Of a stretch of 64,000 nt of DNA, positions 27,854 through 38,981 are shown one piece after another. Position 1 is the stretch's first letter. Each line of letters begins with the position of its first letter. The notes under the pieces were generated by a model, which had not been told where the DNA came from, ran no database searches, and was given only the letters and a program-made list of their open reading frames with translations. The DNA lies in NCBI GenBank assembly GCA_963678065.2, contig CAXXVZ010000003.1, positions 2,335,562 through 2,399,561 on the forward strand. Direction: 5' to 3'. This stretch comes from Treponemataceae bacterium (GTDB lineage Bacteria > Spirochaetota > Spirochaetia > Treponematales > Rectinemataceae). The position numbers and the translations under genes are program-made.

Positions 27854-29580
27854 CCTGAATTCCCATGAATTTATACCCCAAGAGGAACGGGAACGTCTAA
27901 CTTCGTAAATAGCTCAGTTTGTTTCTTAGTGATTTCACCGATTTGAAGTCTACGACCAGGATGGCCAAAACATTCAATCACATCGAGTTCATCAAGAAGT
28001 TCGTGTAACGTATAGTCCTTATATAGATTCTGTTCATCCATCATCTTATCGATGTATGAGAGATACATAAGCGCGATGAATTGGACAAAGAGCTTGCCCT
28101 CGAGGTTTTCTTCTGAAGACACCGATGTTCTGCGCAGGTTAAGCCGCTCTTTGAGATTTCCGAAAGCCTTTTCAATCAGATCCTTAGATCGATAAATTCT
28201 AAGCGCTTCCAAAGGATCCTTTATGTCATTCGATATGAGAGCAAAATAGCCGTAGTTTTTTTCAGCTTCGTCGATTGAAGATTGAATTGGTGTTACCTGC
28301 ATGCCGCGAACAGGCGTTGCAGCGTACTCGAAATATTTCCGATAGAGCTTTTCATGTTCAGGATCAAGTTTTCCGGAATACAGTTCCGTTTCAAGCGTGT
28401 CTAAAAGGGTATTGAACGCAGCCTTATCATCCACTGCCCGTTGGTCATTGAAGAACAGATGGAGATACAGCCTCCTTGATCCTTCATCCAGATCCCCTGA
28501 ACGAGGTTTTCGATGATGGTATGACCATTCGATAGTCCGTGAGTATGTATTGATCCTGTACCGGCTTGAGTAACAGGCTCTCGTGCGCATAGACATTCGA
28601 ACATCATCAAGGACATCCTGAATCAACCGTAAGTGCTTTGGAACTGCTATCAGGAACTTATAGTGATGATGGTACAGGGTGTTGATATTCTCTTCGCTGT
28701 AGAACCCTCGATCCAAAACCAACTTGACTTTGCCCAGCTTGAGAAGATCAATGTCAGTAAGGAGCGTACGAATCGTCGTGACATCGGCGATGTTACCGGG
28801 CAATGTACGATAATAAACCGGTAGTCTTGAAGTATCACCGTAGAGCATCGCCAAATTGATTTGGGGTAAAGGATCATGATCCTTATTCCTGCCATAGCGA
28901 ACCTGGGAAAGCAGTCGAGAATACGAAGAAATAGAAGTGATATCGTAGGCAAGATATTCAGTCTCGAGTCTTCGATTTGCCTGCTTGAGAAAAAACCGTC
29001 GCCTGGCGTCCTCATCAATACAGGCGAATAACTCGCTGGACCTTTGGGAGGGTATCGAGTTCCCATAGGGGTGCGCATGATGTACAGCCCATCGCGGGAA
29101 ACGGCTTATGGAGTTCCTGTCTTCCAGAATCAAAAAGTATGCAATAGAGAGTATCTGTTTCCAGAGATCAGGAAAACAAACACAGAGATCACCAGTTATC
29201 CCCAGCTTTTCTCCGATTGCATCAAACAGATAGGTTGCTCCGAAAAAGTTTCGGGTATGAAGCACCGAAGAAACAGGGCCAGGAGAAATTGACGTTGCCC
29301 GCTCGAGTGCTTGCTGAAGTTGGTAGTTTTTAGTGGGAACAAAGATACCATCTACCATTTTCCCGATGTAGTGTCTTTTGTGCGTGTTGTAGTTCTTTTC
29401 AGCGATTCGCTTTGAATCATATTCGTAAACATATTCAACACCATGGATGACTTGTGTTCCTTGTGGCATACAATCCTCCATGGGGTATATATTATACCCC
29501 ATTTAGATTGCTGTCACCAATTATTTACTGTAATTACAATGCTTTATTGAATTGTGGGTATAAATTCCCGGGAATCCAGG
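27854..29580 (-). mobile_element. IS1634-family element
   Basis: 25-bp imperfect IRs CCTGAATTCCCATGAATTTATACCC; 6-bp TSD TTTATA. Confidence 0.92.
27871..29469 (-). CDS. IS1634-family transposase
   Basis: YDITSISSYS, GRNKDHDPLPQIN, LDRGFYSE, YRSKDLIEKAFGNLK. Confidence 0.9.
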   Translation of the reverse strand: MPQGTQVIHGVEYVYEYDSKRIAEKNYNTHKRHYIGKMVDGIFVPTKNYQLQQALERATSISPGPVSSVLHTRNFFGATYLFDAIGEKLGITGDLCVCFPDLWKQILSIAYFLILEDRNSISRFPRWAVHHAHPYGNSIPSQRSSELFACIDEDARRRFFLKQANRRLETEYLAYDITSISSYSRLLSQVRYGRNKDHDPLPQINLAMLYGDTSRLPVYYRTLPGNIADVTTIRTLLTDIDLLKLGKVKLVLDRGFYSEENINTLYHHHYKFLIAVPKHLRLIQDVLDDVRMSMRTRACYSSRYRINTYSRTIEWSYHHRKPRSGDLDEGSRRLYLHLFFNDQRAVDDKAAFNTLLDTLETELYSGKLDPEHEKLYRKYFEYAATPVRGMQVTPIQSSIDEAEKNYGYFALISNDIKDPLEALRIYRSKDLIEKAFGNLKERLNLRRTSVSSEENLEGKLFVQFIALMYLSYIDKMMDEQNLYKDYTLHELLDELDVIECFGHPGRRLQIGEITKKQTELFTKLDVPVPLGV

Positions 29581-29823
29581 TTTATAGATCAGGAACAAAT
29601 TGTAGCGTATCAAGACCAAATATAGAGAGTTTTGGTGAAAATGTTGGAATACTAACTCGAGAAGTATTTACACTTGAAATAACTAATACTGGATACCATA
29701 AATTACTGAATGATCTAATAAATGAAGGCTTAACAGAAGTAGATATCAATTCAAAATTTAAAAATAATATTAGCATTTCTGCCCGTGCATTAATAAAGAA
29801 TTTAATATTTGAAAGAGATAAAA

Positions 29824-30663
29824 ATGTATAAGATTGAGAATTATTACAATAACCAATCAGCAATATGTAACGATTGTTTAAAAAGTATTTCAAATATAGA
29901 TCTTAAAGAAAGATTTTCAAAAGCAATTCCAGCCATTATAGAAAGTTCGTATGCTTACAAAGAAGAAGCAGAAAATAAAAGACTGTACAAATATAAAGCA
30001 AATAATCTTGAAGTAAATGGAATTAAAGGAGATGAATTAATTTCATTATATAAACACAAAATGGTACCTCGTTCATCAACTGCAAGAATGCATTATGATC
30101 AAATAATGTTATCAGCAAATAATATGAAATGTCCTTATTGCGGTGTACGTACAGTAACTACCCTTGATCATTATCTTCCTAAAAGTGATTATCCTGATTT
30201 ATCTATCTTAGCAATTAACCTTATTCCATGTTGTAAAGACTGTAATTTTAATAAAAGAAGTAATATTCTTAGCGATATCTTACAAGCCTACTTGCATCCA
30301 TACTTCGAAGATGTTTCCCAAGTGGATTGGTTGTCTGTTGAGGTTTATGAAGAAGATCCTATAATTTTAATATATAATATTGACAAAAAAGTAATTAGTG
30401 ATACGATTCTATATGATCGTCTTATTTACGAGTTTAATGAGCTGCAGTTATTTAAGCTATACCAAGTATATGCAATAAATGAAATATCAGAGATGACTCA
30501 TTATTTTAAAGAAATAAAAGAAAAGCAAGGAGCAAAAGTTCTTTCAAAGTATTTATTAGAAATTTCTAATAGTATCAAGCTTCAAAAGACACATTGGAGA
30601 TATGCTTTGTATAAATCACTTAGTGATAGTAAATGGTTCTGTGAAATATATATAAAATCCTAA
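29824..30663 (+). CDS. HNH endonuclease (PtuB-like)
   Basis: CPYC..TLDHYLPK..NLIPCCKDCN..LHPYFE; coupled to the ATPase gene. Confidence 0.85.
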   Translation: MYKIENYYNNQSAICNDCLKSISNIDLKERFSKAIPAIIESSYAYKEEAENKRLYKYKANNLEVNGIKGDELISLYKHKMVPRSSTARMHYDQIMLSANNMKCPYCGVRTVTTLDHYLPKSDYPDLSILAINLIPCCKDCNFNKRSNILSDILQAYLHPYFEDVSQVDWLSVEVYEEDPIILIYNIDKKVISDTILYDRLIYEFNELQLFKLYQVYAINEISEMTHYFKEIKEKQGAKVLSKYLLEISNSIKLQKTHWRYALYKSLSDSKWFCEIYIKS

Positions 30664-30781
30664 CAAATGCTTCAACCTTATAAATCCTTTGGCATGGTTT
30701 GTGCTGAACAACAATGCACAAACCACGCCAATCCCTCGCTTCGCTCAGGAACGGGCGTTAAGGGTCAAGCCAATGTTAGGC
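30658..30781 (+). other. attC site 4
   Basis: TCCTAAC (complement of the cassette start GTTAGGA) ... CTTCAACC ... GGTCAAG ... GTTAGGC. Confidence 0.88.
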
Positions 30782-30811
30782 TGACGCTTCGCGCAAAATG
30801 AATAAATACTA

Positions 30812-32210
30812 GAGGCTTTTTCAAAACTTCGTAATCCGCTTTGTAAAAAAGCGAGTTATTGTAACTGAAGCTTCGTTTTTGCACAGTAAAAATTACATGT
30901 GCAGTAAAAAGGGCTCTCTTTTCAGTGCAAAAGATGGACTACGCCTACAAAACCCGGTTCTGTCGGATTACCAGGTTACAATTTCTGCAGTTCGGGAAGG
31001 ATGAAGTACTGCAAAGCCTTGATGGCCGCCAGAACCACTACCCCGCACATGAGCAGGAATGATACTTTCTCAAATCCCCGTACAAATATCTGACCCGGTA
31101 TGAGCCAATCCTTCAAATGCGAGTTTGCACGTTCAACCGTTGTCCTGATTGTGTACCGCTCCTTCTGTGACGGCGAAAATGGTTCCCGTTCCGTCCCACG
31201 ACGCGTATTCCGATCAATCAATCAGCGGAACACGCCCACGTCCCTGGATATAGGTCGCGATGGGATCCGCATCGTATGCAGCGTCCATGACTGAATACAG
31301 ATGTCGGACCTTTTTCTCTGTCATCTTTTCCAGAGGAATCGCTACTTGCGAATCATGAACATTGGCGCCGGTTACGACTGCTGAAATAGGGAATCCTGTA
31401 TCGCTGACATCAAGGTGCAACTTGTATCCTTTCCATGTTTCCCTATTCCCCTGGCTGTTCTTCTTGCATCCCCATGCACAGTTTTTTGATAGTTCTGACA
31501 AGGATTTCCTGACGCTTTGGCCGACTTGCTTTTCTATCTGTGTCGGCTCCTTCACAGGCCGAACTTCTCCTTTTCGGGGACGACCTCGTTTCCGTTGCGG
31601 TGTCACGGAAGAAACAGCTTCACGTTTGGCAGGTACAGGTTTTTCTCGTGCTCGTATCTCCGTCGCATCCCGATTTATGTGTCCGACGATATGGCCGTCA
31701 TGACAATCCTTCACCATGGTATTCAAAGTCTGAATCAGCGGAGTCTTTTTTGAAAACTCCGCGTAGCGACGCGAAAAGGTCGCAGAGCTTGGAACGGAGG
31801 TGAAGCCGCATATCCTCCGCAGATTCGGATCGTTGATCAGCCTGTTCCTAAGGTCCGTGACTGTCGCTATGTGGAATACCGTTCGGGCGAAAAACGCCCG
31901 CATGATCGGTTCGTTCCGATGTGGAGGACGGCCAGTCCGTGCACATGGTGATGTAATCCGTGGCTGAGCATCTTCAATGACTCTGAGCAGGGCGATAAAA
32001 AAGCGATGCTCGTCGGTGAGATATTCTTCGAAACATCGCTGGATATCGTAGGAAATCGGCAAAAGTATTTGCGCTCCGCCCAGTATTTCTGGTATGGTTT
32101 TCATCAGCGGGGGCTCCTCCTGGTGACGTTTGTGTTGCAACATCATCATACAGGTTCTGTCCCCGCTTTTCATTAAAATTCGTTCATCTCATGACTTTTG
32201 AAAGAGCCTC
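30812..32210 (-). mobile_element. IS5/IS1182-like DDE element with frameshifted transposase (about 30976-32104)
   Basis: IRs GAGGCTTTTTCAAAA / TTTTGAAAGAGCCTC; WKGYKLHL, HDSQ, MDAAYD motifs; a 4-bp tandem duplication near 31215 breaks the frame. Confidence 0.8.
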
Positions 32211-32295
32211 AGCAGAATTGTTAATGAAAAATGGAATGGAAGTACTTACTGAAGAAGAGAACTAAAGAGACTATATTTTTCTATAAGGGCTTACT

Positions 32296-32538
32296 ATGGG
32301 TATAGTAATAGCAATACTGGCTGGATTGACTGCGATGACGGCAATAGCAGCAGGCTTTGATTATTTGGGAAAAAGATCAAAGGGAATATCAGGGGATTTA
32401 GAAAAGAAGGTAGTTGAACTAGAGAATCGGATAAGTATTGTTGAGAGTACGGTAGCTGCAAAGGAAGATGAGATACGACAACTTGAACATAAGATAGAGT
32501 TTATGGACAGATTATTAGAGGACAAGACAAAGGAATAA
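32296..32538 (+). CDS. small membrane-anchored coiled-coil cassette protein
   Basis: TM helix plus heptads; ends just before attC5. Confidence 0.65.
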   Translation: MGIVIAILAGLTAMTAIAAGFDYLGKRSKGISGDLEKKVVELENRISIVESTVAAKEDEIRQLEHKIEFMDRLLEDKTKE

Positions 32539-32547
32539 AAAAGGAGC

Positions 32548-32663
32548 GTATAACAACCGCTTCGACCTGTCAAATCCTTTGGCACGCAACTTGCGGGAAC
32601 AACAATGCAAGTTGCGCGCCAAGCCCTTCGGGCACGGATTTGCAGGTCACGCGAATGTTATGC
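32548..32663 (+). other. attC site 5
   Basis: GTATAAC...CTTCGACC...GGTCACG...GTTATGC. Confidence 0.88.
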
Positions 32664-32770
32664 GGACCCTTCGGGCGCGATTCATTGTAAATATAGAAAT
32701 ACCTACAGTATTAGTTTTAATGTACTATGTTTATTGTGATTAGCTTATCTTTTATCCATTGAAGGAATAC

Positions 32771-34844
32771 ATGGTCTACAAAAAATTGCTAACTGGAATA
32801 GAAAAGTATGGTTCTGATAAGAATGATATATGTCGACAGTTTATTGGAGTAGACATTTGTAATATCTCTGAATCAGTAATAATTGCTCCTTGGTGGGAAC
32901 CAAAGGTATTTGATCCATTCTGGACTGATATAAAATATATGTGTGAATCTGAGTTTGCATCAATAAAAGTATGGAGTATGATAGTAAATAATAAGGTCGT
33001 TACATATATACGAACTGGAATTGGAGCTCCTGTATTAACGGATGTAGTTTTAGCTTTAGGAATTACAAATTGTCATAAGCTGGTATTTGTCGGTTCTGTT
33101 GGATCATTGGATGAGAAAATCGGTATTGGTGATATAGTGATTCCAGAGTATTCAATTTCGGGAGATGGAGTAAGTAGATATCTAAAAGGTAATAGACTCA
33201 AAGAAAATGATGTTTTTGGAGAAAAAGTATTTTCTGATAAAGTACTGTTTACAGAACTATGTCGAATCACAGAAAGAGTCACTACAAATAATGGAATTAA
33301 GTATCATATAGGATCTGCTTTTAGTATTGATACTATAATGGCTCTTCGCTGTTTCATGTGGGTAACTGCCCCAGTTTACCGGCGACAATGTAGGTCATGA
33401 TCTTGAGATTTTTGATAGTTCGGAATCCTCTGGCTCTGGTCTTTGCTGACTGAATCAGACTATTCAACGATTCAAGAAGCCCATTTGTCACTCCGGATGT
33501 AAGCCACCGAACGACTCCATTCCAGTGTCGTTTGAGCATCGCAGCAAAATTGATGATTGGGGTAAGCTGTGATCGTGTTGCCCATACTCTCCATTTTTTA
33601 AGTTCTTCTATGGCTCGAGAAGCCGAGAATTCGAAAAGTCCCTTGAAAATGTTCATCATTCGCCATGCTCGCCCTGTTTTTAACTGTAATCCTGACAAGG
33701 TGTTGAGACGGGCCAAATTCTTAACCGACAGATTGTAGGGGTTGCTCAACCAGACATATTTCGAACCTCTGAGTACCGTTTCCATCGTTGATTCTTCTTT
33801 CCGCACGTCGTTGACTGCTTCACCCAGAAGCTTCATGACATGAAACCGATCAAACGTGAGAGCAGCCTGGGGAAGATGCTCTTCGATCCCGGACATGAAC
33901 GCCGGCGACATATCGGTACAGACCGTCCGTGATAGCAGTTTTCGAGCCTCCATGGGCTTCCAGATGCTCTGTAAAGGCTTTTATAGTGGATGCATCCTTG
34001 CCTTCGGTCACATATATGGCTTTCCCTGTATCGAGATCGGCCACAACGGTGATGTATGAGTGTCCGCGTTTGGCTGCTGTTTCGTCGATTCCGATTCGTG
34101 TGGTTTTCGATAAATCTTGTGTAGCCACGTCTTCGGAAACATAATGGTCCATAATTCGCCACACTCGCGTATCGGTGGTAGCTGTCAGTCTGGAAACTGC
34201 CTTGACGCTCATTTCCTTGACCATGATCATCATGAGGGCTTCGTACAGCAGGGTAAATCCCGATCCTTTACGCGCCCACGGGATATCAATCAGATGAACG
34301 CCATGCTCAGGACAGTCTATCCGCGGAACTCGTGCATGCAGATAGGCTTCATGCTGGAAAAAATTGAGGTGACGCCATGTTTTGGGCATCGTATCGTAGG
34401 CTGTACCCTTGTAATCGCAGGAAAAACACGGGAAACGACTCCCGGGCTTGAACCCAAGCTGTATATCAAGCCGATGTTCTGTTGGTTTGAACTCTATGTT
34501 CTCAACAATCCAGGGTTCAGATAATCCAAGCGCAAGGGCGAATAGTTCTACGTCTTTCATGCTGCTCATCCTACCATGCTTCCTTGGTTACCCACACGAT
34601 TCGTCGAAGAGCCACTATAATTGATGAAATACTTGAAATGGGATGCAATGTAATCGAAATGGAGACTGCAGCAGCCTTTCGGGCTGCAGAGATAGCAGGT
34701 ATTTCAATGGCTGCTATATTTAGTGTATCTGATAATACAATTACGAAGAAGTCATTACTAAGTGGAAGAACTCAAGAAGAGATGGATTATCGGAGAAAGG
34801 TACGAAAAGGAATAATTCCTAAAATTATCTCAAAGATAATATAA
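32771..34844 (+). pseudogene. nucleoside phosphorylase (PNP/UDP family) cassette gene interrupted by ISL3
   Basis: TGIGAP, FVGSVGSL..IGDIVIP, then IEMETAA..SVSD after the IS; the halves rejoin in frame. Confidence 0.85.
33340..34613 (-). mobile_element. ISL3-family element, transposase frameshifted
   Basis: Ends GGCTCTTCG / CGAAGAGCC; 8-bp TSD ACTATAAT; WRHLNFFQH, IGIDE, DRFHV motifs. Confidence 0.92.
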
Positions 34845-34909
34845 TGTTTTATAATCACAAAAGCTATTGATAGAAAATATTATGCATAAAATATTTTTAA
34901 TTTGAAATC

Positions 34910-35012
34910 GCATAACACCCGCTTCAACCTTATAAATCCTGTTGTCACGCATTTTGCAGGAACAACAATGCAAAATGCGCGCCAATCCTTCGCTACGCTC
35001 AGGACGGATTTA
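34910..35012 (+). other. truncated attC site 6
   Basis: GCATAAC (complement of GTTATGC) plus L'' CTTCAACC and inner stem; L' and R' are missing. Confidence 0.8.
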
Positions 35013-35149
35013 TGGTGGACCCCGAAAACTGGGCAGCAGAGGAAAGTTGCTGTTCAATGATGAACGGGGGGAATCATGGGAGAACATCGCATCCGGAGTG
35101 TCAACGCCGATGATAAATTGCCTTTCCGGCAATTTATCATCGGCGACGA

Positions 35150-35276
35150 CATTCAGTACTTCTCCCAATAATCTCCTCAATTCCGTATAAAGCTTTTTCT
35201 TACGGTACTTTGGTATCCATACTATGTGGTATTTACACTCCCACTTCGTGTGATTTAAGCTCTGATACTCGTTCAT
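35150..35276 (-). pseudogene. tnpA: IS200/IS605 TnpA N-terminal fragment
   Basis: MNEYQSLNHTKWECKYHIVWIPKYRKKKLY. Confidence 0.85.
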
Positions 35277-35409
35277 GGAATCTCCTGTTCGTGTACTTTG
35301 GCGGTCTACGTCAGGAGATTCCTTTATAGTCCCGGAACTGGCAAACTTCCTGTGTCCACCAGCAGAGCTGGGGGTATACCCTTTCAATTATGTTGACTCC
35401 CGACGTCTT

Positions 35410-38400
35410 TTACTTCACAACATTCACCATATAATGCTGTGTAGTTGAATTTCCACCTGAATCAGAAGCAATAAGCTGCACATCATACTTACCTAGCATC
35501 CATCCATATTTGCCAACACCGGCATCAAAATAATAGTTTGATAATGATGCCGATGTCCCAGAAAGTGGACTGTTATTAAAAACCAGAATGAATCCCGGAG
35601 GTCCATCTAAAATCATTGTCATAGTTCGTAGTCCACGATCATCGGTTACGGTACCCACGAAATAGATTACTGAGCCTTGTTTCACAGACATAAAAGTCGA
35701 GGATGGATGGAAAACTGGTGATTGATCGACCGGTGCCGGATCATTGTCTAGGATGGTTACCCATGCCCGGGACGGTGTCCCCATGGTCGCTCCTCCCGTC
35801 GGCGTACTCACCGCAACCAGGAACCGCTCATCCCCTTCGTAACTGCTGTCATTCACGATCGGAACCGTAAAGGACTTCGATCCCGTATCGCCGTTCGCCC
35901 ACGACAGGGCCCCGCCTATCGAGGTGTAATCCGCCGTTGCCGTCGCACTGTCCTGGCTCGTCGCATAGCTGATCCCGACTGCCCCGTAGCTGCCGCCTGT
36001 CCTCGTCACCGCTATGGTGACACTCCCACTGCCTTCTCCCACCGAGTAGGTTTCACTGCTGAATTGCAGACTGCCAGACGATGGTGCCGGATCATTGTCT
36101 AGGATGGTTACCCATGCCCGGGACGGTGTCCCCATGGTCGCTCCTCCCGTCGGCGTACTCACCGCAACCAGGAACCGCTCATCCCCTTCGTAACTGCTGT
36201 CATTCACGATCGGAACCGTAAAGGACTTCGATCCCGTATCGCCGTTCGCCCACGACAGGGCCCCGCCTATCGAGGTGTAATCCGCCGTTGCCGTCGCACT
36301 GTCCTGGCTCGTCGCATAGCTGATCCCGACTGCCCCGTAGCTGCCGCCTGTCCTCGTCACCGCTATGGTGACACTCCCACTGCCTTCTCCCACCGAGTAG
36401 GTTTCACTGCTGAATTGCAGACTGCCAGACGATGGTGCCGGATCATTGTCTAGGATGGTTACCCATGCCCGGGACGGTGTCCCCATGGTCGCTCCTCCCG
36501 TCGGCGTACTCACCGCAACCAGGAACCGCTCATCCCCTTCGTAACTGCTGTCATTCACGATCGGAACCGTAAAGGACTTCGATCCCGTATCGCCGTTCGC
36601 CCACGACAGGGCCCCGCCTATCGAGGTGTAATCCGCCGTTGCCGTCGCACTGTCCTGGCTCGTCGCATAGCTGATCCCGACTGCCCCGTAGCTGCCGCCT
36701 GTCCTCGTCACCGCTATGGTGACACTCCCACTGCCTTCTCCCACCGAGTAGGTTTCACTGCTGAATTGCAGACTGCCAGGAGGATCTTTAACATTTGTTT
36801 TCAAATCGATTGTCTTTTCTTGATTCAACGTATCAACAACTGTTATTGAAAGCAAATAACTTCCTGAGAGTGTTGCATATTTACTCTCTCTTGATACCTG
36901 AAAATAATAATCACTAAGATTAACGATTTTCTTATTTGATATATCTGCACTGAATGCAATTATTGAAATGGGAGCTTTAATTTTTAATGTAATCTTATTT
37001 ATACCATTATCATCTGTTGCTGTGCCAGCAAAATATGCTTTTTCGCCATAATCAATTGAATTGGTGATATCTACTTTTTCAAACACAGGAGGAGTATCTG
37101 TTTTTTTTTCATCAATCAAATGTACCCATCCAAGACATTCCATACCTGCAAAATTCGCAATCGAAATTATGTCCTTTTCATTGGTATAGCTTAATTCTAA
37201 AATGGCGCTTTTTGTATTTTGTTGGATCCCCTTTATTTTTTTCTTATCTGTATCTACAGAGGTTACTATAGCAGTATGCCCATATACGAAAGAAGGACTC
37301 TTATCAAAGGCCAAAATATCACCAGGAGATGGAAGCAAATTATCAGTATTAGAATTCTTTACAATAGAAAACTCAGGTCGATCGCCAAATCCGTCTATTG
37401 TTAAATATCGATAAGGATTACAACGAAAATTCCTAAAGTAATTTTTTAGGCTTTCCGTTTTTGCCCAGTTGGTCCCGCAATACCTGATTGCATATTCTGC
37501 ACATTGATACATGTAACCGTAATCACCTCGCACGATATCATCAGGTACATCACAAAATGCGATATTTCTCAATTTTTCATTAGTATATGATCCATTTTTA
37601 TAGGCAGCAACACCATTAAAATCATAACTATATGGATCCCCAAAATTGTTGACTAAATAAATCAATAATTTACATTCTAACACAAATGGGGTTTTATCAG
37701 GAATATTATCCTTGACAATTATTGCCCTTATTGTAATTTCGGTCTTTGATGCTCCAGATCCAATATTTATTATCGTTCCTGGATCTATCTTTTGCTCTTC
37801 TGAACAAAATATTGGTGATTTATTTTTATCCATTGTATACCAAATTTTTAAATTCTTTTCATTTGTAGATGCGATCAGCTTAACAGGTAGAAGACCACCT
37901 CCTATACCTTTCTTACACGTAAAAAATGTTTTACCAGTCGTAATTTTTTTATCATACTCTCCATATCCGTATGGAAGAACTAAATCTGGTTTCGCAGGAG
38001 TATATTTCTTTGTAATAATGGTTGCTTTTGTTCGAGTTACTACAGATTTAGTAGAATAATCAACAATATCTAGTAACTGAACATCGGCTTGATTTTCTTC
38101 TGATGCCTCCCAGCTAAATTTATACTCAATGGCTTTGACTGTCATTGAACTATCAACGATTATTGGTTCTGTATAGATATTTCCATTCAGTTCGGTAGGA
38201 GTGCTACCATCAGTGGTGTACCTGATTATTGAATCCTTAAGCATTCCAGTAATAATGATTGTTGGTTTCCCATCAATTGTATTTTCATTTAAAGCAATTG
38301 CAGGGGGAACGAGACTGGAAACAATTTCAATAGACAACAAGGAAACTTCCGAACTTTGAGTCTTGGTTTTATATGCAACAGCCATAATATTTGCATTTTC

Positions 38401-38691
38401 TGATATCTCAAATGGCCCAGAATAGATAATTCCATTTGAAATTGTTGGCGTTGTATTGTTGAGAGTATACCTAATTGTACAATCAGGTAAAGATTCAATT
38501 CTTATTATTGGTTTTTCTTTATATACACCAGAGTCAATATTGAAAACCGGAGGAATTAGTATATCATTTTTATTAATCCCAAGCAGATTAAAAAACAAAT
38601 CACAACCTGATAAGCTAAATATTACAATCAATGATAAAATAACTATCCCAACAGTACATCTTTTTCTAGATTGAAAATAAGTTACTTTCAC
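35410..38691 (-). CDS. large lipoprotein: two Fn3/chitobiase-C-like domains, CHAP domain, three Calx-beta repeats, Ig-like domains
   Basis: LSGC lipobox; IRYTxxxxTPT twice; YQCAEYAIRY and YGHTAIV; three copies of LQFSSETYSVGEG...VTILDND. Confidence 0.8.
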   Translation of the reverse strand: MKVTYFQSRKRCTVGIVILSLIVIFSLSGCDLFFNLLGINKNDILIPPVFNIDSGVYKEKPIIRIESLPDCTIRYTLNNTTPTISNGIIYSGPFEISENANIMAVAYKTKTQSSEVSLLSIEIVSSLVPPAIALNENTIDGKPTIIITGMLKDSIIRYTTDGSTPTELNGNIYTEPIIVDSSMTVKAIEYKFSWEASEENQADVQLLDIVDYSTKSVVTRTKATIITKKYTPAKPDLVLPYGYGEYDKKITTGKTFFTCKKGIGGGLLPVKLIASTNEKNLKIWYTMDKNKSPIFCSEEQKIDPGTIINIGSGASKTEITIRAIIVKDNIPDKTPFVLECKLLIYLVNNFGDPYSYDFNGVAAYKNGSYTNEKLRNIAFCDVPDDIVRGDYGYMYQCAEYAIRYCGTNWAKTESLKNYFRNFRCNPYRYLTIDGFGDRPEFSIVKNSNTDNLLPSPGDILAFDKSPSFVYGHTAIVTSVDTDKKKIKGIQQNTKSAILELSYTNEKDIISIANFAGMECLGWVHLIDEKKTDTPPVFEKVDITNSIDYGEKAYFAGTATDDNGINKITLKIKAPISIIAFSADISNKKIVNLSDYYFQVSRESKYATLSGSYLLSITVVDTLNQEKTIDLKTNVKDPPGSLQFSSETYSVGEGSGSVTIAVTRTGGSYGAVGISYATSQDSATATADYTSIGGALSWANGDTGSKSFTVPIVNDSSYEGDERFLVAVSTPTGGATMGTPSRAWVTILDNDPAPSSGSLQFSSETYSVGEGSGSVTIAVTRTGGSYGAVGISYATSQDSATATADYTSIGGALSWANGDTGSKSFTVPIVNDSSYEGDERFLVAVSTPTGGATMGTPSRAWVTILDNDPAPSSGSLQFSSETYSVGEGSGSVTIAVTRTGGSYGAVGISYATSQDSATATADYTSIGGALSWANGDTGSKSFTVPIVNDSSYEGDERFLVAVSTPTGGATMGTPSRAWVTILDNDPAPVDQSPVFHPSSTFMSVKQGSVIYFVGTVTDDRGLRTMTMILDGPPGFILVFNNSPLSGTSASLSNYYFDAGVGKYGWMLGKYDVQLIASDSGGNSTTQHYMVNVVK
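35732..36779 (-). repeat. three tandem 351-bp Calx-beta coding repeats
   Basis: Units start at 35732, 36083 and 36434; appear identical by eye. Confidence 0.95.
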
Positions 38692-38898
38692 GATTACTCC
38701 ATTGGTGATTTTTTCTATTCACTACCCTAAATAAAGAATCGCAAATTTCTCATTCTCTATTCGTTCATATCCTAAACTGAACATAGCGGTTCAATCATTA
38801 GGCGAAGAATATGACCGTGGCCGAAACACGCTGATCAGTCCCGTGCCAATCTGTTCGCCATTATAACCTCAATTTTTATGAACGCAACAAGACATTAG

Positions 38899-38972
38899 AT
38901 CGAGTAGGAGGGAGCCTCACGGCCCCCGTCCTCTCACACCACCGTACGTACGGTTCCGTATACGGCGGTTCG
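38899..38972 (-). ncRNA. group II intron domains V-VI (class IIC type)
   Basis: GAACCGCCGTATACGGAACCGTACGTACGGTGGTGTGAGAGG...CCTACTCGAT. Confidence 0.9.
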
Positions 38973-38981
38973 TAAGCATTA

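Larger units (their letters stand above)
26566..29831 (+). pseudogene. ABC/AAA-type ATPase (PtuA-like) interrupted by IS1634
   Basis: GRNGVGKT, LSSGHK, LIDEPEAHLHP, ATHSP. Removing the IS and one TSD restores a 510-aa frame (AWVLYRSGTNC...). Confidence 0.85.
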
